Shown: positions 30,559 through 41,104 of the stretch, in pieces
Layout of the letters: each line of letters opens with the position of its first letter
Numbering within the stretch: position 1 is the first letter of the stretch
Sequence record: SRR22947727_834
DNA length: 60,632 bases
Strand: one strand, 5' to 3'
Notes under the pieces: generated by a model
The model's database searches: none
Told to the model about the DNA's origin: nothing
Seen by the model: the letters and a program-made list of their open reading frames with translations, nothing else
Translations under genes and position numbers: made by a program

Positions 30559-32727
30559 ATGACGCACCCCGCTGACTTTCTGCACAGTGATTTCCCCGCA
30601 GCGCAAAGTTGTGGGCTTGATATCATCGGGCCAGATCGATTTTTGAACCGAGAGCTGTCATGGCTGGCGTTTAACTGGCGCGTTTTAGAGGAGGTGGATA
30701 ACCTCAATGTGCCTTTACTCGAACGCCTGCGCTTCTTGTCAATTTCCGCCACCAATTTGGACGAATTTTATTCTGTGCGCGTCGCCGGTCTGCGCGAATT
30801 GGCCCGCGCGGGCAGCATCACGCCCGGTATAGACGGACGCAGCATCCCTGAGCAATTGGAGCTCATCGACAGCGAAGCGCGCGATTTGATGAGCCAACAG
30901 CAATCGGTTCTTGCCAATCTGCGCAAAGAAATGGCGGAGCAGGATATTCAAATTCTGACCGCAGCGGAGGCGAAAGAGGATCACGCCTATCTGCTGCAAT
31001 ATTTCCTGTCCCATGTCTTTCCCGTGGTCTCGCCTCTGGCGATTGATCCGGCCCATCCCTTTCCGTTCATCCCCAATGCTGGCTTTGCCCTCGCGCTGCA
31101 GCTTGAGCGCAAGACGGACAAGCGCAGCCTGCGCGCCTTGGTGCCCATACCGCAGCAAATTAGCCGCTTTGTGGTGCTTCCCGGGAATGGTTATCGATAC
31201 CTTCCGCTCGAAGAGCTGATCTTGATGCATTTGGAGCAATTGTTCCCAGGCTATGCGCTCAAAGGTCATTGCAGTTTCTCCGTCCTGCGCGACAGCGATT
31301 TGGAAGTCGAAGATGAGGCCGAAGATTTGGTGCGCGAATTTGAGGTTGCCCTCAAACGCAGGCGGCGCGGCGAAGTCATTCGCCTAAAAATAAGTGCAAA
31401 TGCCCCCAAAGCTTTGCGCGATGACATTATGGTCGAGTTCTCCGTCACCAATACCGAGGTGATCGAAGTGGATGGCATGTTGGGTCTTCCCGATCTGAAA
31501 GAATTGGTCATTGAAGACCGGCCCAACCTCCTGTGGCCCAATTTCACACCGCGCGTGCCCGAGCGGGTCACCGATCATGACGGCGATATGTTCGCCGCAA
31601 TTCGCAACAAAGATATGCTGCTGCAGCACCCCTATGAGACTTTTGATATGGTCGTGCGCTTGTTGCAACAAGCCGCGCGAGATCCCAATGTCTTGGCCAT
31701 TAAGCAAACACTTTACCGCACATCAAAACGCTCCCCCATCGTGGAGGCTTTGTGCGAAGCGGCAGAAGATGGGAAATCCGTAACCGCATTGGTCGAGCTG
31801 AAAGCCCGCTTTGATGAGGCCGCCAATATTCGTCAATCCCGCCGCTTGGAGCGCGCCGGAGCCCATGTGGTCTATGGCTTTATGAACCTTAAAACCCATG
31901 CGAAAATCAGCACCATCGTGCGGCAAGAAGGTGATCGTTTGGTCACCTATACCCATTATGGCACCGGCAATTATCACCCGATCACCGCAAGGATTTACAC
32001 CGATGTGAGCCTGTTCACCTGCGATGCGGCTTTGGGGCGAGATGCCACAAAAGTGTTCAACTATCTGTCAGGATATGCACAGCCCGAAACTCTTGAAAAT
32101 ATCTCCATTTCGCCACTGACTTTGAAAACCACCCTTCTGCAAGGCATCGCAGCTGAGGCCGAACACGCCAAGGCTGGCAAGCCTGCGGCTATTTGGGTCA
32201 AGTTAAATTCCCTGATTGATGCAGAAGTGATCGACGCACTCTATGCCGCGGGGCAGGCGGGGGTGAAAATCAGCCTCGTCATTCGCGGGATTTGTGGCTT
32301 GCGACCGGGGGTGGCTGGGCTTTCTGAGAATATCCGCGTGAAATCCGTGATTGGGCGGTTCTTAGAGCATTCCCGCATCGTTTGCTTTGCCAATGGCCAT
32401 GATCTGAACAGCCCCAAGGCGCGGGTTTATATCTCCTCTGCCGATTGGATGGATCGCAACTTACACCGCCGGGTTGAAACATTGGTTGAAATTCACAATG
32501 AAACCGTCAAGGCGCAGATTGTCAGCCAGATCATGGCGGCCAATCTGGCCGATGTTGCCCAATCCTGGGTGATGCAACCCAATGGCAGCTATGCAAGAGC
32601 CACTTGGCCAGATGGCAGCTTCGCCTTCAGTTGCCACCGGTTTTTCATGGAGAACCCCTCGCTCTCGGGACGTGGCAGTGCCGGGGCGCAGGATGTGCCG
32701 CAGCTCACCCATACCGATGATTCCTAA
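30559..32727 (+). CDS. ppk: Polyphosphate kinase 1
   Basis: NRELSWL.FN.RVL, HPYE, ELKARFDE, KTHAK, GRFLEHSR, SADWM.RNL.RRVE. Confidence 0.97.
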   Translation: MTHPADFLHSDFPAAQSCGLDIIGPDRFLNRELSWLAFNWRVLEEVDNLNVPLLERLRFLSISATNLDEFYSVRVAGLRELARAGSITPGIDGRSIPEQLELIDSEARDLMSQQQSVLANLRKEMAEQDIQILTAAEAKEDHAYLLQYFLSHVFPVVSPLAIDPAHPFPFIPNAGFALALQLERKTDKRSLRALVPIPQQISRFVVLPGNGYRYLPLEELILMHLEQLFPGYALKGHCSFSVLRDSDLEVEDEAEDLVREFEVALKRRRRGEVIRLKISANAPKALRDDIMVEFSVTNTEVIEVDGMLGLPDLKELVIEDRPNLLWPNFTPRVPERVTDHDGDMFAAIRNKDMLLQHPYETFDMVVRLLQQAARDPNVLAIKQTLYRTSKRSPIVEALCEAAEDGKSVTALVELKARFDEAANIRQSRRLERAGAHVVYGFMNLKTHAKISTIVRQEGDRLVTYTHYGTGNYHPITARIYTDVSLFTCDAALGRDATKVFNYLSGYAQPETLENISISPLTLKTTLLQGIAAEAEHAKAGKPAAIWVKLNSLIDAEVIDALYAAGQAGVKISLVIRGICGLRPGVAGLSENIRVKSVIGRFLEHSRIVCFANGHDLNSPKARVYISSADWMDRNLHRRVETLVEIHNETVKAQIVSQIMAANLADVAQSWVMQPNGSYARATWPDGSFAFSCHRFFMENPSLSGRGSAGAQDVPQLTHTDDS

Positions 32728-32799
32728 CCACTCTTTGAAGTCTCGGTCAAATCGCCTAGGCTGAGTGAAAGACAATTGCGGAAACCCGCAGGAGCCCAG

Positions 32800-34344
32800 A
32801 TGGACGACTTGGTAAAACCCTCTGAAAAATGGGACCCGTTTGAGCGGCCTTTATTTGATAACCCCAAGGCCCGCGATCTGTCACGCGTCGGGGTGGTTGA
32901 TATTGGCTCGAACTCCGTACGCTTAGTGGTTTTTGACGGCGCCGCCCGATCTCCGGCCTATTTTTTCAATGAAAAAGTCATGTGCGCACTTGGTGCAGGC
33001 TTGGCCGAAAGTGGCAAGCTCAATCCCGATGGGCGCTTGCGCGCCCTCTCTGCCTTACGACGATTTTGCACCATTGCCAAAGGCATCGGCCTGCCCAGCC
33101 TGACCGCTGTCGCCACCGCCGCCGTGCGTGAGGCCAGCGATGGCAACGACTTCATCGCGCAGGTCCAAAGCGAAACGGGGTTGAAAATCCACGTCATCGA
33201 TGGCGAGGAAGAAGCCCGACTGGCGGCGCAGGGTGTCTTGCTTGGCTGGCCCGGCTCTTATGGCCTTGTCTGCGATATTGGCGGTGGTTCGATGGAATTG
33301 GCAGAGATTGCCAATGGGCAAGTGGGCCAAAGAGTGACCTCTCCACTTGGGCCATTGAAGCTGATCAATGTCCCGGGCGGTAAAAAGGGACGTAAAGCGG
33401 TGATCGCAGAGACATTAGATCATCTGCGCGATCAAATGGGACCACAATCTGATCGGCTCTTTTTGGTTGGGGGATCTTGGCGGGCCTTGGCGCGTATTGA
33501 TATGCACAGGCGCGGATACCCGCTGCATGTGATGCACGAATATCAAATGACGGCCCGCGATGTGAAGGCCACTTTGCGCTATATCGAAGACTGTGATCTC
33601 GAAGCGCTGCGCCAGACCATCCGCGTGACACAAAGCCGAATGGCACTTGTGCCAATCGCGGCAGAAATTCTTAAAGGCCTCCTCAAACGGTTCAAGCCCC
33701 ATGACATCGCCATCTCAAGCTATGGGATTAGAGAGGGGCTTCTTTATGAACAGATGCCGCAAGCCATGCGCGACCGCGACCCTTTGATCGAAAGCTGCCA
33801 TTTCGCCGAGCGCAAGGATGCGCGGCTGCCGGGCTTTGGTATGCGGCTGCACAAGTTCATCTCCCCGCTCTTTTCCAAGATGTCCCCCAGTCGCGCGCGG
33901 CTGGTGCGCGCGGCGTGTTTGCTGCATGATGTAAGCTGGCGCGCCCACCCTGATTTCCGGGCGGAGGTTTGCTTCGAATATGCCACCCGTGCCAATTTGG
34001 GCGGGCTGAGCCATGAGGAGCGAATTTTTCTGGGCTTGGCATTGCTGCATCGCTACCGAAACAGCCGCGCAGGCACCCGGTTTGAAGAGCTTTTGACGCT
34101 TCTGGATGAGCCCAACCAAAAACAGGCTGAGATCTTAGGCAAAGCCATGCGCCTTGGCGCGATGCTCTGGGCCGATCCCGACGATGAGACCGCCCAGCTC
34201 CACTGGTCCGCAAAGACAAAAACACTGTCGCTCACGCTCACGGCAGAGGCCTCGCCTCTGTTTGGGGAGGTGGCCGAAGCCCGGCTCAATTCTTTGGCCG
34301 CATCCCTGGATGCAAAGCTCCGCACCGATATGCGATTGACTTAG
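32800..34344 (+). CDS. ppx: Exopolyphosphatase Ppx/GppA family
   Basis: DIGSNSVRL, ATAAVR, GEEEA, DIGGGSME, GIREG, LHD; GGAG RBS before ATG 32800. Confidence 0.93.
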   Translation: MDDLVKPSEKWDPFERPLFDNPKARDLSRVGVVDIGSNSVRLVVFDGAARSPAYFFNEKVMCALGAGLAESGKLNPDGRLRALSALRRFCTIAKGIGLPSLTAVATAAVREASDGNDFIAQVQSETGLKIHVIDGEEEARLAAQGVLLGWPGSYGLVCDIGGGSMELAEIANGQVGQRVTSPLGPLKLINVPGGKKGRKAVIAETLDHLRDQMGPQSDRLFLVGGSWRALARIDMHRRGYPLHVMHEYQMTARDVKATLRYIEDCDLEALRQTIRVTQSRMALVPIAAEILKGLLKRFKPHDIAISSYGIREGLLYEQMPQAMRDRDPLIESCHFAERKDARLPGFGMRLHKFISPLFSKMSPSRARLVRAACLLHDVSWRAHPDFRAEVCFEYATRANLGGLSHEERIFLGLALLHRYRNSRAGTRFEELLTLLDEPNQKQAEILGKAMRLGAMLWADPDDETAQLHWSAKTKTLSLTLTAEASPLFGEVAEARLNSLAASLDAKLRTDMRLT

Positions 34345-34375
34345 AACCTGTCTCACGCCCAGGGCTGCGCGATGG

Positions 34376-35056
34376 CTAGGCCTGGACCTTTGCCAATTCT
34401 TCCCACGCCTTATTGATCGCCACCAGACGTGCTTCGGCCAATTTTACAGCCTCGCGCGGAACGCCGCGCGCCAGCAGCTGATCGGGGTGATTCTTTTTCA
34501 CGAGTGCCCGCCATGCCAAACGTATTTCTTCAAAGCTTGCGCCCGGCGAGACGCCCAAAACATCAAAAGGATCGGCGGTCGCGCCCTTGACGTAACGGGC
34601 TTTGATCACGCGAAAGCCCCGTGCAGACAGGCCGAAAATATCGGAAACTCGGCTCAAGAACGCATCCTCTTGCGCATGATAAGATCCATCTGCGGTGGCT
34701 ATGTGAAACAATCCCTCAAGCAAGTCTTCCAGGATATCCATCCTTGCACCGAACATAGATTTGATTTGCCGAGCATAGGTTTCAAATCCGGCCACATCCT
34801 GACGCGCGAGGTTAAACACTTTGGCCGCACTGCTCTCTTCTGAGGTGGGAATATAAAAAACTTCCCGAAACGCCAGCACCTCCGCACGGGTGACGCTGCC
34901 ATCGGCTTTGGCCATCTTTGCGCTCAATGCGATCACAGCGATGGTAAACCCGACGGATTTCTCCGGCGGGCTGCGCAGCTTCTCGAAAACTGCTGAAAGC
35001 CCTTCGCCCTTGGCAAGGGCGGAAAGCGCAGCGGTGATGCGGGTCCAAATAGACAT
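34376..35056 (-). CDS. djlA: DjlA-like co-chaperone (TerB + DnaJ domain)
   Basis: AKMAKADG.V...E, LFHIA.ADG, C-terminal J domain with HPD. Confidence 0.87.
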   Translation of the reverse strand: MSIWTRITAALSALAKGEGLSAVFEKLRSPPEKSVGFTIAVIALSAKMAKADGSVTRAEVLAFREVFYIPTSEESSAAKVFNLARQDVAGFETYARQIKSMFGARMDILEDLLEGLFHIATADGSYHAQEDAFLSRVSDIFGLSARGFRVIKARYVKGATADPFDVLGVSPGASFEEIRLAWRALVKKNHPDQLLARGVPREAVKLAEARLVAINKAWEELAKVQA

Positions 35057-35103
35057 GGGTGGCATCTTAGGCCCTGTGCGCACAAGACGAAAGGGCAAAG
35101 CCT

Positions 35104-35718
35104 CTACTTGAGCGTCACCAAACCGTGATCCGTTTGAATTTCAGCGGAAATCTGCGCAGGGCCGGTTGAAAAGCAAATGCGTTCATCACCGATAAGCTCT
35201 GCCAAAAGCGCCTGCATTTGGTCGGCTTGCGGGTGTTGAACTTGCAAAGAGATCAGACGACAGCCGCTGTCGGGCAAATTCTGGCAAGGATGGGCAGGCG
35301 GTTGCCACTCAATCAACGCCGGCCCGTAGCCACCAAATGGCAAGTCTCCCGTATCTGAGACGGAAATATCCCAAGTATAGGCGCCACGCTCAAGCCGCAC
35401 CGGCGTTCCAAACTCTGGGCTAAGCCGGGCGAGGCTCTCTTGGATATTGTCGGTTGCCAAAATCCAACTGGCAATGCGCGGCGGACCAGAAAAGCGGTCC
35501 AAACCGAACCACCGCGGATAGGGCAAAGAGGGTGCCTCCGGATCAATCGCGATGGATTCCAGATAGCAGGCCTCACCCATGCCCCAAAGATGGTTATGCG
35601 TTGAGAAATGTGGATGCTGGCCGGCCGCAAGTGGCGCAACCTGCAAGAAATTTTGAACAAAATCCGTTGCGGCTTGCCGGGTTTCCCCCGCCACTGCAAT
35701 GTGATCCAATCTTAACAT
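35104..35718 (-). CDS. VOC / glyoxalase-like domain protein
   Basis: LDHIAV, H....THN, YLE.IAIDP, PRWFGLD, LIEW. Confidence 0.82.
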   Translation of the reverse strand: MLRLDHIAVAGETRQAATDFVQNFLQVAPLAAGQHPHFSTHNHLWGMGEACYLESIAIDPEAPSLPYPRWFGLDRFSGPPRIASWILATDNIQESLARLSPEFGTPVRLERGAYTWDISVSDTGDLPFGGYGPALIEWQPPAHPCQNLPDSGCRLISLQVQHPQADQMQALLAELIGDERICFSTGPAQISAEIQTDHGLVTLK

Positions 35719-35739
35719 ACCATCCCCCTCTGCCGCGCT

Positions 35740-37866
35740 TTAGCTGCGCGCCTTTCGGATCAAATCCAAAACATTCTGTGCCGCATCGGGGATATTTGTG
35801 CCCGGACCAAAGATCGCCGCTACGCCAGCGGCTTTGAGGAAATCATAGTCTTGCTGAGGAATAACCCCGCCACAGACCACGATAATCTCCTGCGCATCTG
35901 CGGCCTTCAATGCCTCCACCAATTTGGGCGCCAAGGTTTTGTGACCTGCCGCTTGGCTGGAAATACCGACCACATGCACGTCATTGTCCACCGCGTCCTG
36001 CGCCGCCTCCTCAGGGGTTTGGAACAGGGGTCCGACGTCCACATCAAAACCAATGTCGGCAAAGGCCGTGGCAATCACTTTGGCGCCCCGATCATGGCCA
36101 TCTTGCCCCATTTTCACCACAAGCATCCTGGGCCTGCGTCCCTCTTCTTTGGCGAATTCTTCCACAGATCTCTGAATTGCTTCAAAGTTTTCGTCGCCCT
36201 CATAGGCAGATCCATACACGCCAGCCAATGTCTTCACCTCCGCGCGATGTCGGCCAAATGTGCCCTCCATCGCCAATGAAATTTCCCCCACCGTCGCCCG
36301 ATGACGCGCCGCTTCAACAGCCGCTTCTAATAGATTGCCCCCTTCAACGCAGCGCCGTCCAAGCTCAAGAAGGGCCGCATCACAGGCCGTTTGATCACGG
36401 CTCGCGCGGATGGACTGGAGTTTCGCGACCTGGGCCTCGCGCACCTGATTGTTATCGATGTCGCGCACCTCAATGTCGGGTTGTTTGTCAGAGGTATATT
36501 TGTTGACCCCAACAATCACCTCTTCCCCACGATCAATCATCGCCTGACGCCGCGCCGCACTTTCTTCAATTTTAAGCTTGGGCAGGCCGCTGGCCACGGC
36601 TTTGGTCATGCCGCCCATCTCCTCAACCTCTTCGATCAGCGCCCAGGCCTCATCAATAAGATCAGCAGTGAGTTTTTCCACATAGTAAGAGCCCGCCAGC
36701 GGATCAACCACATTGGTCACCCCAGTTTCTTCTTGCAAAATGAGCTGTGTATTGCGGGCAATGCGTGCCGAGGTTTCCGTTGGCAGGGCAATGGCCTCAT
36801 CAAAACTATTGGTATGCAGCGATTGCGTGCCGCCCAAAACCGCGGACATCGCTTCAAAAGCCGTGCGCACGATGTTGTTATAGGGATCTTGCTCTTGCAG
36901 ACTCACACCGGAGGTTTGGCAATGGGTCCGCAGCATGCTGGATTTGGGATTTTTCGGGTCAAATTCCGCCATAACCCGGTGCCACAAAACCCTTGCAGCC
37001 CGCAATTTCGCCGCTTCCATAAAGAAATTCATACCAATGGCAAAGAAAAACGACAGACGCCCGGCAAAGGCATCCACATCCATCCCCCGCGCAATCGCCG
37101 TGCGCACATATTCGCGCCCATCTGCAATGGTATAGGCCAATTCCTGCACCAAATTCGCACCGGCCTCTTGCATGTGATAACCGCTGATCGAAATGGAGTT
37201 GAACTTCGGCATATCACGGGCGGTAAATTCGATAATATCGGCCACAATACGCATGGAGGCCTCAGGTGGGTAAATATAAGTATTGCGCACCATGAATTCT
37301 TTGAGAATGTCATTTTGGATTGTGCCCGAGAGGGCCGCGCGGCTGACGCCTTGCTCTTCACCGGCCACGATGAAGGAGGCCAAAACAGGGATCACCGCGC
37401 CGTTCATCGTCATGGAGACAGAAATCTTATCCAGCGGGATGCCATCAAAGAGGGTTTTCATATCCTCTACACTGTCAATCGCCACCCCAGCTTTACCAAC
37501 ATCGCCGACAACGCGCGGATGATCGCTGTCATAGCCCCGATGCGTGGCCAAATCGAAGGCCACTGATACCCCCTGTTGCCCGGCTGCGAGCCCTTGGCGG
37601 TAAAAGGCATTGGACTCTTCGGCTGTGGAAAATCCAGCGTATTGCCGAATGGTCCAGGGTCGGCCGGAATACATGGTGGCTTTGACACCGCGCGTATAGG
37701 GTTCTTGCCCCGGCACGCTGCCCATATGCGCCAATCCTGTCGCATCTTCAGCCGTATAAAGCGGCTGCACCTTGATGCCTTCGAGCGTATCCCAAGTTAA
37801 AGACTCCAATGGCTTGCCGCGCAGCTCTTTGCCAGCCATTTCGCTCCAAGATGTCTTATCTGTCAT
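35740..37866 (-). CDS. mcm: Methylmalonyl-CoA mutase (B12-dependent)
   Basis: [17 protein letters not shown]12-binding DGHDRG..S..AGH..GG; AAGGAG RBS before ATG 37866. Confidence 0.97.
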   Translation of the reverse strand: MTDKTSWSEMAGKELRGKPLESLTWDTLEGIKVQPLYTAEDATGLAHMGSVPGQEPYTRGVKATMYSGRPWTIRQYAGFSTAEESNAFYRQGLAAGQQGVSVAFDLATHRGYDSDHPRVVGDVGKAGVAIDSVEDMKTLFDGIPLDKISVSMTMNGAVIPVLASFIVAGEEQGVSRAALSGTIQNDILKEFMVRNTYIYPPEASMRIVADIIEFTARDMPKFNSISISGYHMQEAGANLVQELAYTIADGREYVRTAIARGMDVDAFAGRLSFFFAIGMNFFMEAAKLRAARVLWHRVMAEFDPKNPKSSMLRTHCQTSGVSLQEQDPYNNIVRTAFEAMSAVLGGTQSLHTNSFDEAIALPTETSARIARNTQLILQEETGVTNVVDPLAGSYYVEKLTADLIDEAWALIEEVEEMGGMTKAVASGLPKLKIEESAARRQAMIDRGEEVIVGVNKYTSDKQPDIEVRDIDNNQVREAQVAKLQSIRASRDQTACDAALLELGRRCVEGGNLLEAAVEAARHRATVGEISLAMEGTFGRHRAEVKTLAGVYGSAYEGDENFEAIQRSVEEFAKEEGRRPRMLVVKMGQDGHDRGAKVIATAFADIGFDVDVGPLFQTPEEAAQDAVDNDVHVVGISSQAAGHKTLAPKLVEALKAADAQEIIVVCGGVIPQQDYDFLKAAGVAAIFGPGTNIPDAAQNVLDLIRKARS

Positions 37867-37968
37867 TATCCGCGCTCCTTGTCCCGCGGGCCGATGCCCG
37901 GGTATTTTTCGTTCAACCCCTTCGCTTGCAATTGCAAAGGCCCTATATAGAACCATGAAGGAGATATT

Positions 37969-38415
37969 ATGTTTAAAAGAGTGTTCCACTTGTGGCTCGG
38001 GCTTCTGGCCATCGCGCCACCGGTCTTGGCCGGGGAGACCTTAGACATTTGGCGCTCCGATCCGACCCATATTTTCGACGCCAAAGAGGTTGAGCTGTCA
38101 GATGTCATCTGGGCAGCGCGGCCCTGGGTTGTGTTCGCCGATAGCCCGCTGGACCCTACTTTCACCCAGCAAATGGCGCTTTTGCAGGCTGAAATTGCTG
38201 TGTTGCAGGAACGAGACGTCATGATTGTGGTCGATACCGATCCCAAAGCCCAGTCCAACCTGCGCAAAACATTGCACCCCAAAGGCTTCAATTGGGTTTT
38301 GATCGGCAAGGATGGTAAAATCAAACTGCGCAAACCCTTTGCTTGGGACATGCGTGAATTGAGCCGGGTGATCGACAAAATGCCCATCCGACAGCGCGAG
38401 ATGAGCAAGCCCTGA
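37969..38415 (+). CDS. DUF4174 family secreted protein
   Basis: Signal peptide, [36 protein letters not shown]. Confidence 0.85.
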   Translation: MFKRVFHLWLGLLAIAPPVLAGETLDIWRSDPTHIFDAKEVELSDVIWAARPWVVFADSPLDPTFTQQMALLQAEIAVLQERDVMIVVDTDPKAQSNLRKTLHPKGFNWVLIGKDGKIKLRKPFAWDMRELSRVIDKMPIRQREMSKP

Positions 38416-38479
38416 AGGCCGCCGCGAAGAATGGAACGGCCCAAGGGTCGCCCCACCTTCGGGTCTGAGCCGTTCAGGC

Positions 38480-40477
38480 TCACTCAAACTCCATGATGAT
38501 CGCATCCACGGCCAGACTGTCGCCCGGCGCCGCATGGATCTTGCTGACAATAGATTTCTTCTCGGCCCGCAGGATATTTTCCATTTTCATCGCCTCAACT
38601 GTGCAAAGCGTCTGGCCCTCTTGCACTTCATCGCCCACAGCCACATCGACTTTGACGATCAAGCCCGGCATGGGGCAGAGCAAGAGTTTCGAAGTATCCG
38701 GCGCGACTTTCTCGATCATCAATTTGGCCAGCTCAGCCTGACGCGGGCTGCGCACAGTCACGCGCATATCAGCCCCGCGGAAGCGGATACGGAAGCCGCT
38801 TGTGCATTTCTCAACCTTTAACGCGATATCGATACCATCCACATTCATCAAAGCCAGTGGCTTGCCCGGTGTCCAATCACTGGCCACCCTATGGCTGCCG
38901 CTTTCAAAATGTACGGTGGATCCATTGGGATCGGCTGCGATTGTCACGGGGAGCTCATGGCCCTGAATGCCAACAACCCAATCGTCGCGCACGCGGCGCT
39001 CGTGATTGTCCATGCGCCCAGAAACTTTTGTGCGACGAATTTCGCCCAAACGATACATTGCCGCCGCGCAGGCGCCGACAATTTTCAGCGTCTCTTGTGG
39101 CAGATCAACCCCATGAAACCCGTCTGGATATTCCTCCTCGATAAAGGCAGTGGTGATATTGCCGGCGCAAAATTTCGGGTGATCCATGACCGCAGAGAGG
39201 AATGGAATGTTGTGACCAATACCCTCGACCTCAAAGGCATCCAGCGCATTGCGCATCTGCGCAATGGCCGCGGGACGATCTGGCGCCCAGGTGCAAAGCT
39301 TGGCAATCATCGGATCATAGAACATGGAAATTTCTCCACCTTCATAAACACCGGTATCATTGCGTACGGCCGCGGTCGCGCTGCGGCTTTCAGCGGGCGG
39401 ACGATACCGTGTCAAACGGCCAATTGAGGGCAAAAACCCCCGATAAGGGTCTTCCGCATAGAGGCGGCTTTCCATGGCCCAGCCATTAATTTTCACGTCC
39501 TCTTGGGTAATGGACAGCGCCTCGCCATTGGCAACGCGGATCATCTGCTCCACCAGATCCACCCCAGTGATCAACTCCGTCACCGGATGTTCGACCTGCA
39601 AGCGCGTGTTCATTTCAAGAAAGTAGAAATTCTGCGCGCTGTCGACGATAAATTCCACCGTACCCGCACTGGTGTAGCCCACCGCTTGGGCCAATGCACA
39701 AGATTGCGCGCCCATGGCCTTGCGCACCTCCGGCGTCAAGAAGGGGCTCGGGGCCTCTTCAATCACTTTTTGGTTGCGGCGCTGGATGGAACATTCGCGC
39801 TCATTGAGATAGATGCAATTGCCATGGCTATCCGCCAGAACTTGGATTTCGATATGCCGGGGCTGCGTGACGAATTTTTCGATGAAAATCCGGTCATCTC
39901 CAAAGCTGCTGGCCGCTTCATTCTTGGACGATTGGAAGCCCTCGCGCGCCTCTGCATCGTTCCATGCGATGCGCATACCCTTGCCACCCCCACCAGCGCT
40001 GGCCTTGAGCATCACCGGATATCCAACCTCTTGTGCGATTTTCACCGCTTCATCTGCATCAGCAATCAGACCCATATAGCCCGGAACCGTGCTCACACCG
40101 GCCTCTTTGGCCAATTTTTTTGAGGTGATCTTATCTCCCATGCTTTCAATCGCAGAGGCCGGCGGGCCGATGAAAGCCACACCTTCAGCCTCCAAGGCCT
40201 CAGCAAACAGGCGATTTTCTGACAAGAACCCATAACCGGGATGCACAGCTTGCGCCCCGGTTTGCCGGATCGCATCCATGACTTTTTCAATCACGATGTA
40301 AGACTGATTCGCCGGCGAAGGACCGATATGCACCGCCTCATCCGCCATTTTCACATGCAACGCCTGGGCATCCGCATCGGAATAAATCGCCACGGTTTTG
40401 ATCCCCATCGCCTTGGCTGTTTTTATCACACGACAGGCAATCTCGCCCCGGTTGGCAATTAAAATCTTATCAAACAT
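38480..40477 (-). CDS. pccA: Propionyl-CoA carboxylase alpha subunit (biotin carboxylase + BCCP)
   Basis: ANRGEIA, HPGYGFLSE, GGGGKGMR, RECSIQRR, EMNTRLQVEH, biotin site EAMKM. Confidence 0.96.
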   Translation of the reverse strand: MFDKILIANRGEIACRVIKTAKAMGIKTVAIYSDADAQALHVKMADEAVHIGPSPANQSYIVIEKVMDAIRQTGAQAVHPGYGFLSENRLFAEALEAEGVAFIGPPASAIESMGDKITSKKLAKEAGVSTVPGYMGLIADADEAVKIAQEVGYPVMLKASAGGGGKGMRIAWNDAEAREGFQSSKNEAASSFGDDRIFIEKFVTQPRHIEIQVLADSHGNCIYLNERECSIQRRNQKVIEEAPSPFLTPEVRKAMGAQSCALAQAVGYTSAGTVEFIVDSAQNFYFLEMNTRLQVEHPVTELITGVDLVEQMIRVANGEALSITQEDVKINGWAMESRLYAEDPYRGFLPSIGRLTRYRPPAESRSATAAVRNDTGVYEGGEISMFYDPMIAKLCTWAPDRPAAIAQMRNALDAFEVEGIGHNIPFLSAVMDHPKFCAGNITTAFIEEEYPDGFHGVDLPQETLKIVGACAAAMYRLGEIRRTKVSGRMDNHERRVRDDWVVGIQGHELPVTIAADPNGSTVHFESGSHRVASDWTPGKPLALMNVDGIDIALKVEKCTSGFRIRFRGADMRVTVRSPRQAELAKLMIEKVAPDTSKLLLCPMPGLIVKVDVAVGDEVQEGQTLCTVEAMKMENILRAEKKSIVSKIHAAPGDSLAVDAIIMEFE

Positions 40478-40525
40478 TGAGGAATCCTTCTCGGCGCGCG
40501 CAGCTCGAGGCAAAGGAGCTGTGCG

Positions 40526-40563
40526 AAAAAAAGAACCGGCACTGGCCAAAGCCAGAACCGGTT
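40526..40563 (-). terminator. Rho-independent terminator upstream of pccA
   Basis: Minus strand AACCGG-tt-CTGGC-tttg-GCCAG-tg-CCGGTT followed by C and 7 T. Confidence 0.75.
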
Positions 40564-40622
40564 AAGGAAAGAAAGGGTCGATATGTTTTCAAAACCAATG
40601 CAAAGAATTTTGAAACTCCAAC
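40526..40622 (-). ncRNA. Candidate ~97-nt sRNA or attenuator leader of pccA
   Basis: Upstream TTGGCC-N17-CATAAT, 5' hairpin, pyrimidine-rich linker, intrinsic terminator. Confidence 0.45.
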
Positions 40623-40628
40623 ACCTAG

Positions 40629-40657
40629 ATTATGACAAGCGCAGCAGGATAGGCCAA
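40629..40657 (-). promoter_or_regulatory. Sigma70-type promoter
   Basis: Minus strand TTGGCC (40657-40652), 17-nt spacer, CATAAT (40634-40629). Confidence 0.55.
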
Positions 40658-40726
40658 GGGAAGACCCGGCTGCTCCCAAGCACTGGGCACAAAGCCGCGC
40701 AAAACACCCTATGAGACCCGGCAAAT

Positions 40727-41086
40727 TCACGCCGACCACCCTTCGACAAAGATTTGTGGAAAGCTCGCTTGCGCTTTTTTCAGATCCACACGCAGCAAAG
40801 CCACATAGGATTCGGGATCGAAATCATCCTGTGCGGGGACGACTTCGCGTTCAAACAACCAAGACAGGCGGCCCCCATCAAGGTTGCCGCGCTCAAATGG
40901 CTCTTCACCAAAATATTCAATCAAAGCGTGCAGAAACGCCTCATCCGCCCGGCGATCTGGGGGACGACGATCTGCATAGCGTTCGCGCCTGATAATTTTT
41001 GTCGCCCCATTCTTACTCGCGCGCCGAATGGTAAATTGCGCATCCGTACCGGGAAGACGGCCGGGGAACCCACGGTGTTTTTCCAT
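40727..41086 (-). CDS. Hypothetical protein between pccB and pccA
   Basis: 119-aa ORF starting 18 nt after pccB stop; no recognised motif. Confidence 0.75.
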   Translation of the reverse strand: MEKHRGFPGRLPGTDAQFTIRRASKNGATKIIRRERYADRRPPDRRADEAFLHALIEYFGEEPFERGNLDGGRLSWLFEREVVPAQDDFDPESYVALLRVDLKKAQASFPQIFVEGWSA

Positions 41087-41104
41087 TATTGGCTCTCTTC
41101 GACC

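Noticed and set aside
35104..35718. VOC protein after mcm as the missing methylmalonyl-CoA epimerase
   Set aside because: 204 aa with glyoxalase-like THN/YLE/LIEW pattern, not the shorter epimerase signature; the epimerase is probably elsewhere
36391..37566. 391-aa plus-strand ORF
   Set aside because: Antisense shadow of mcm in the codon-mirrored frame
37867..37968. Cobalamin riboswitch before mcm
   Set aside because: Gap is only ~100 nt and has no B12-box or other conserved core
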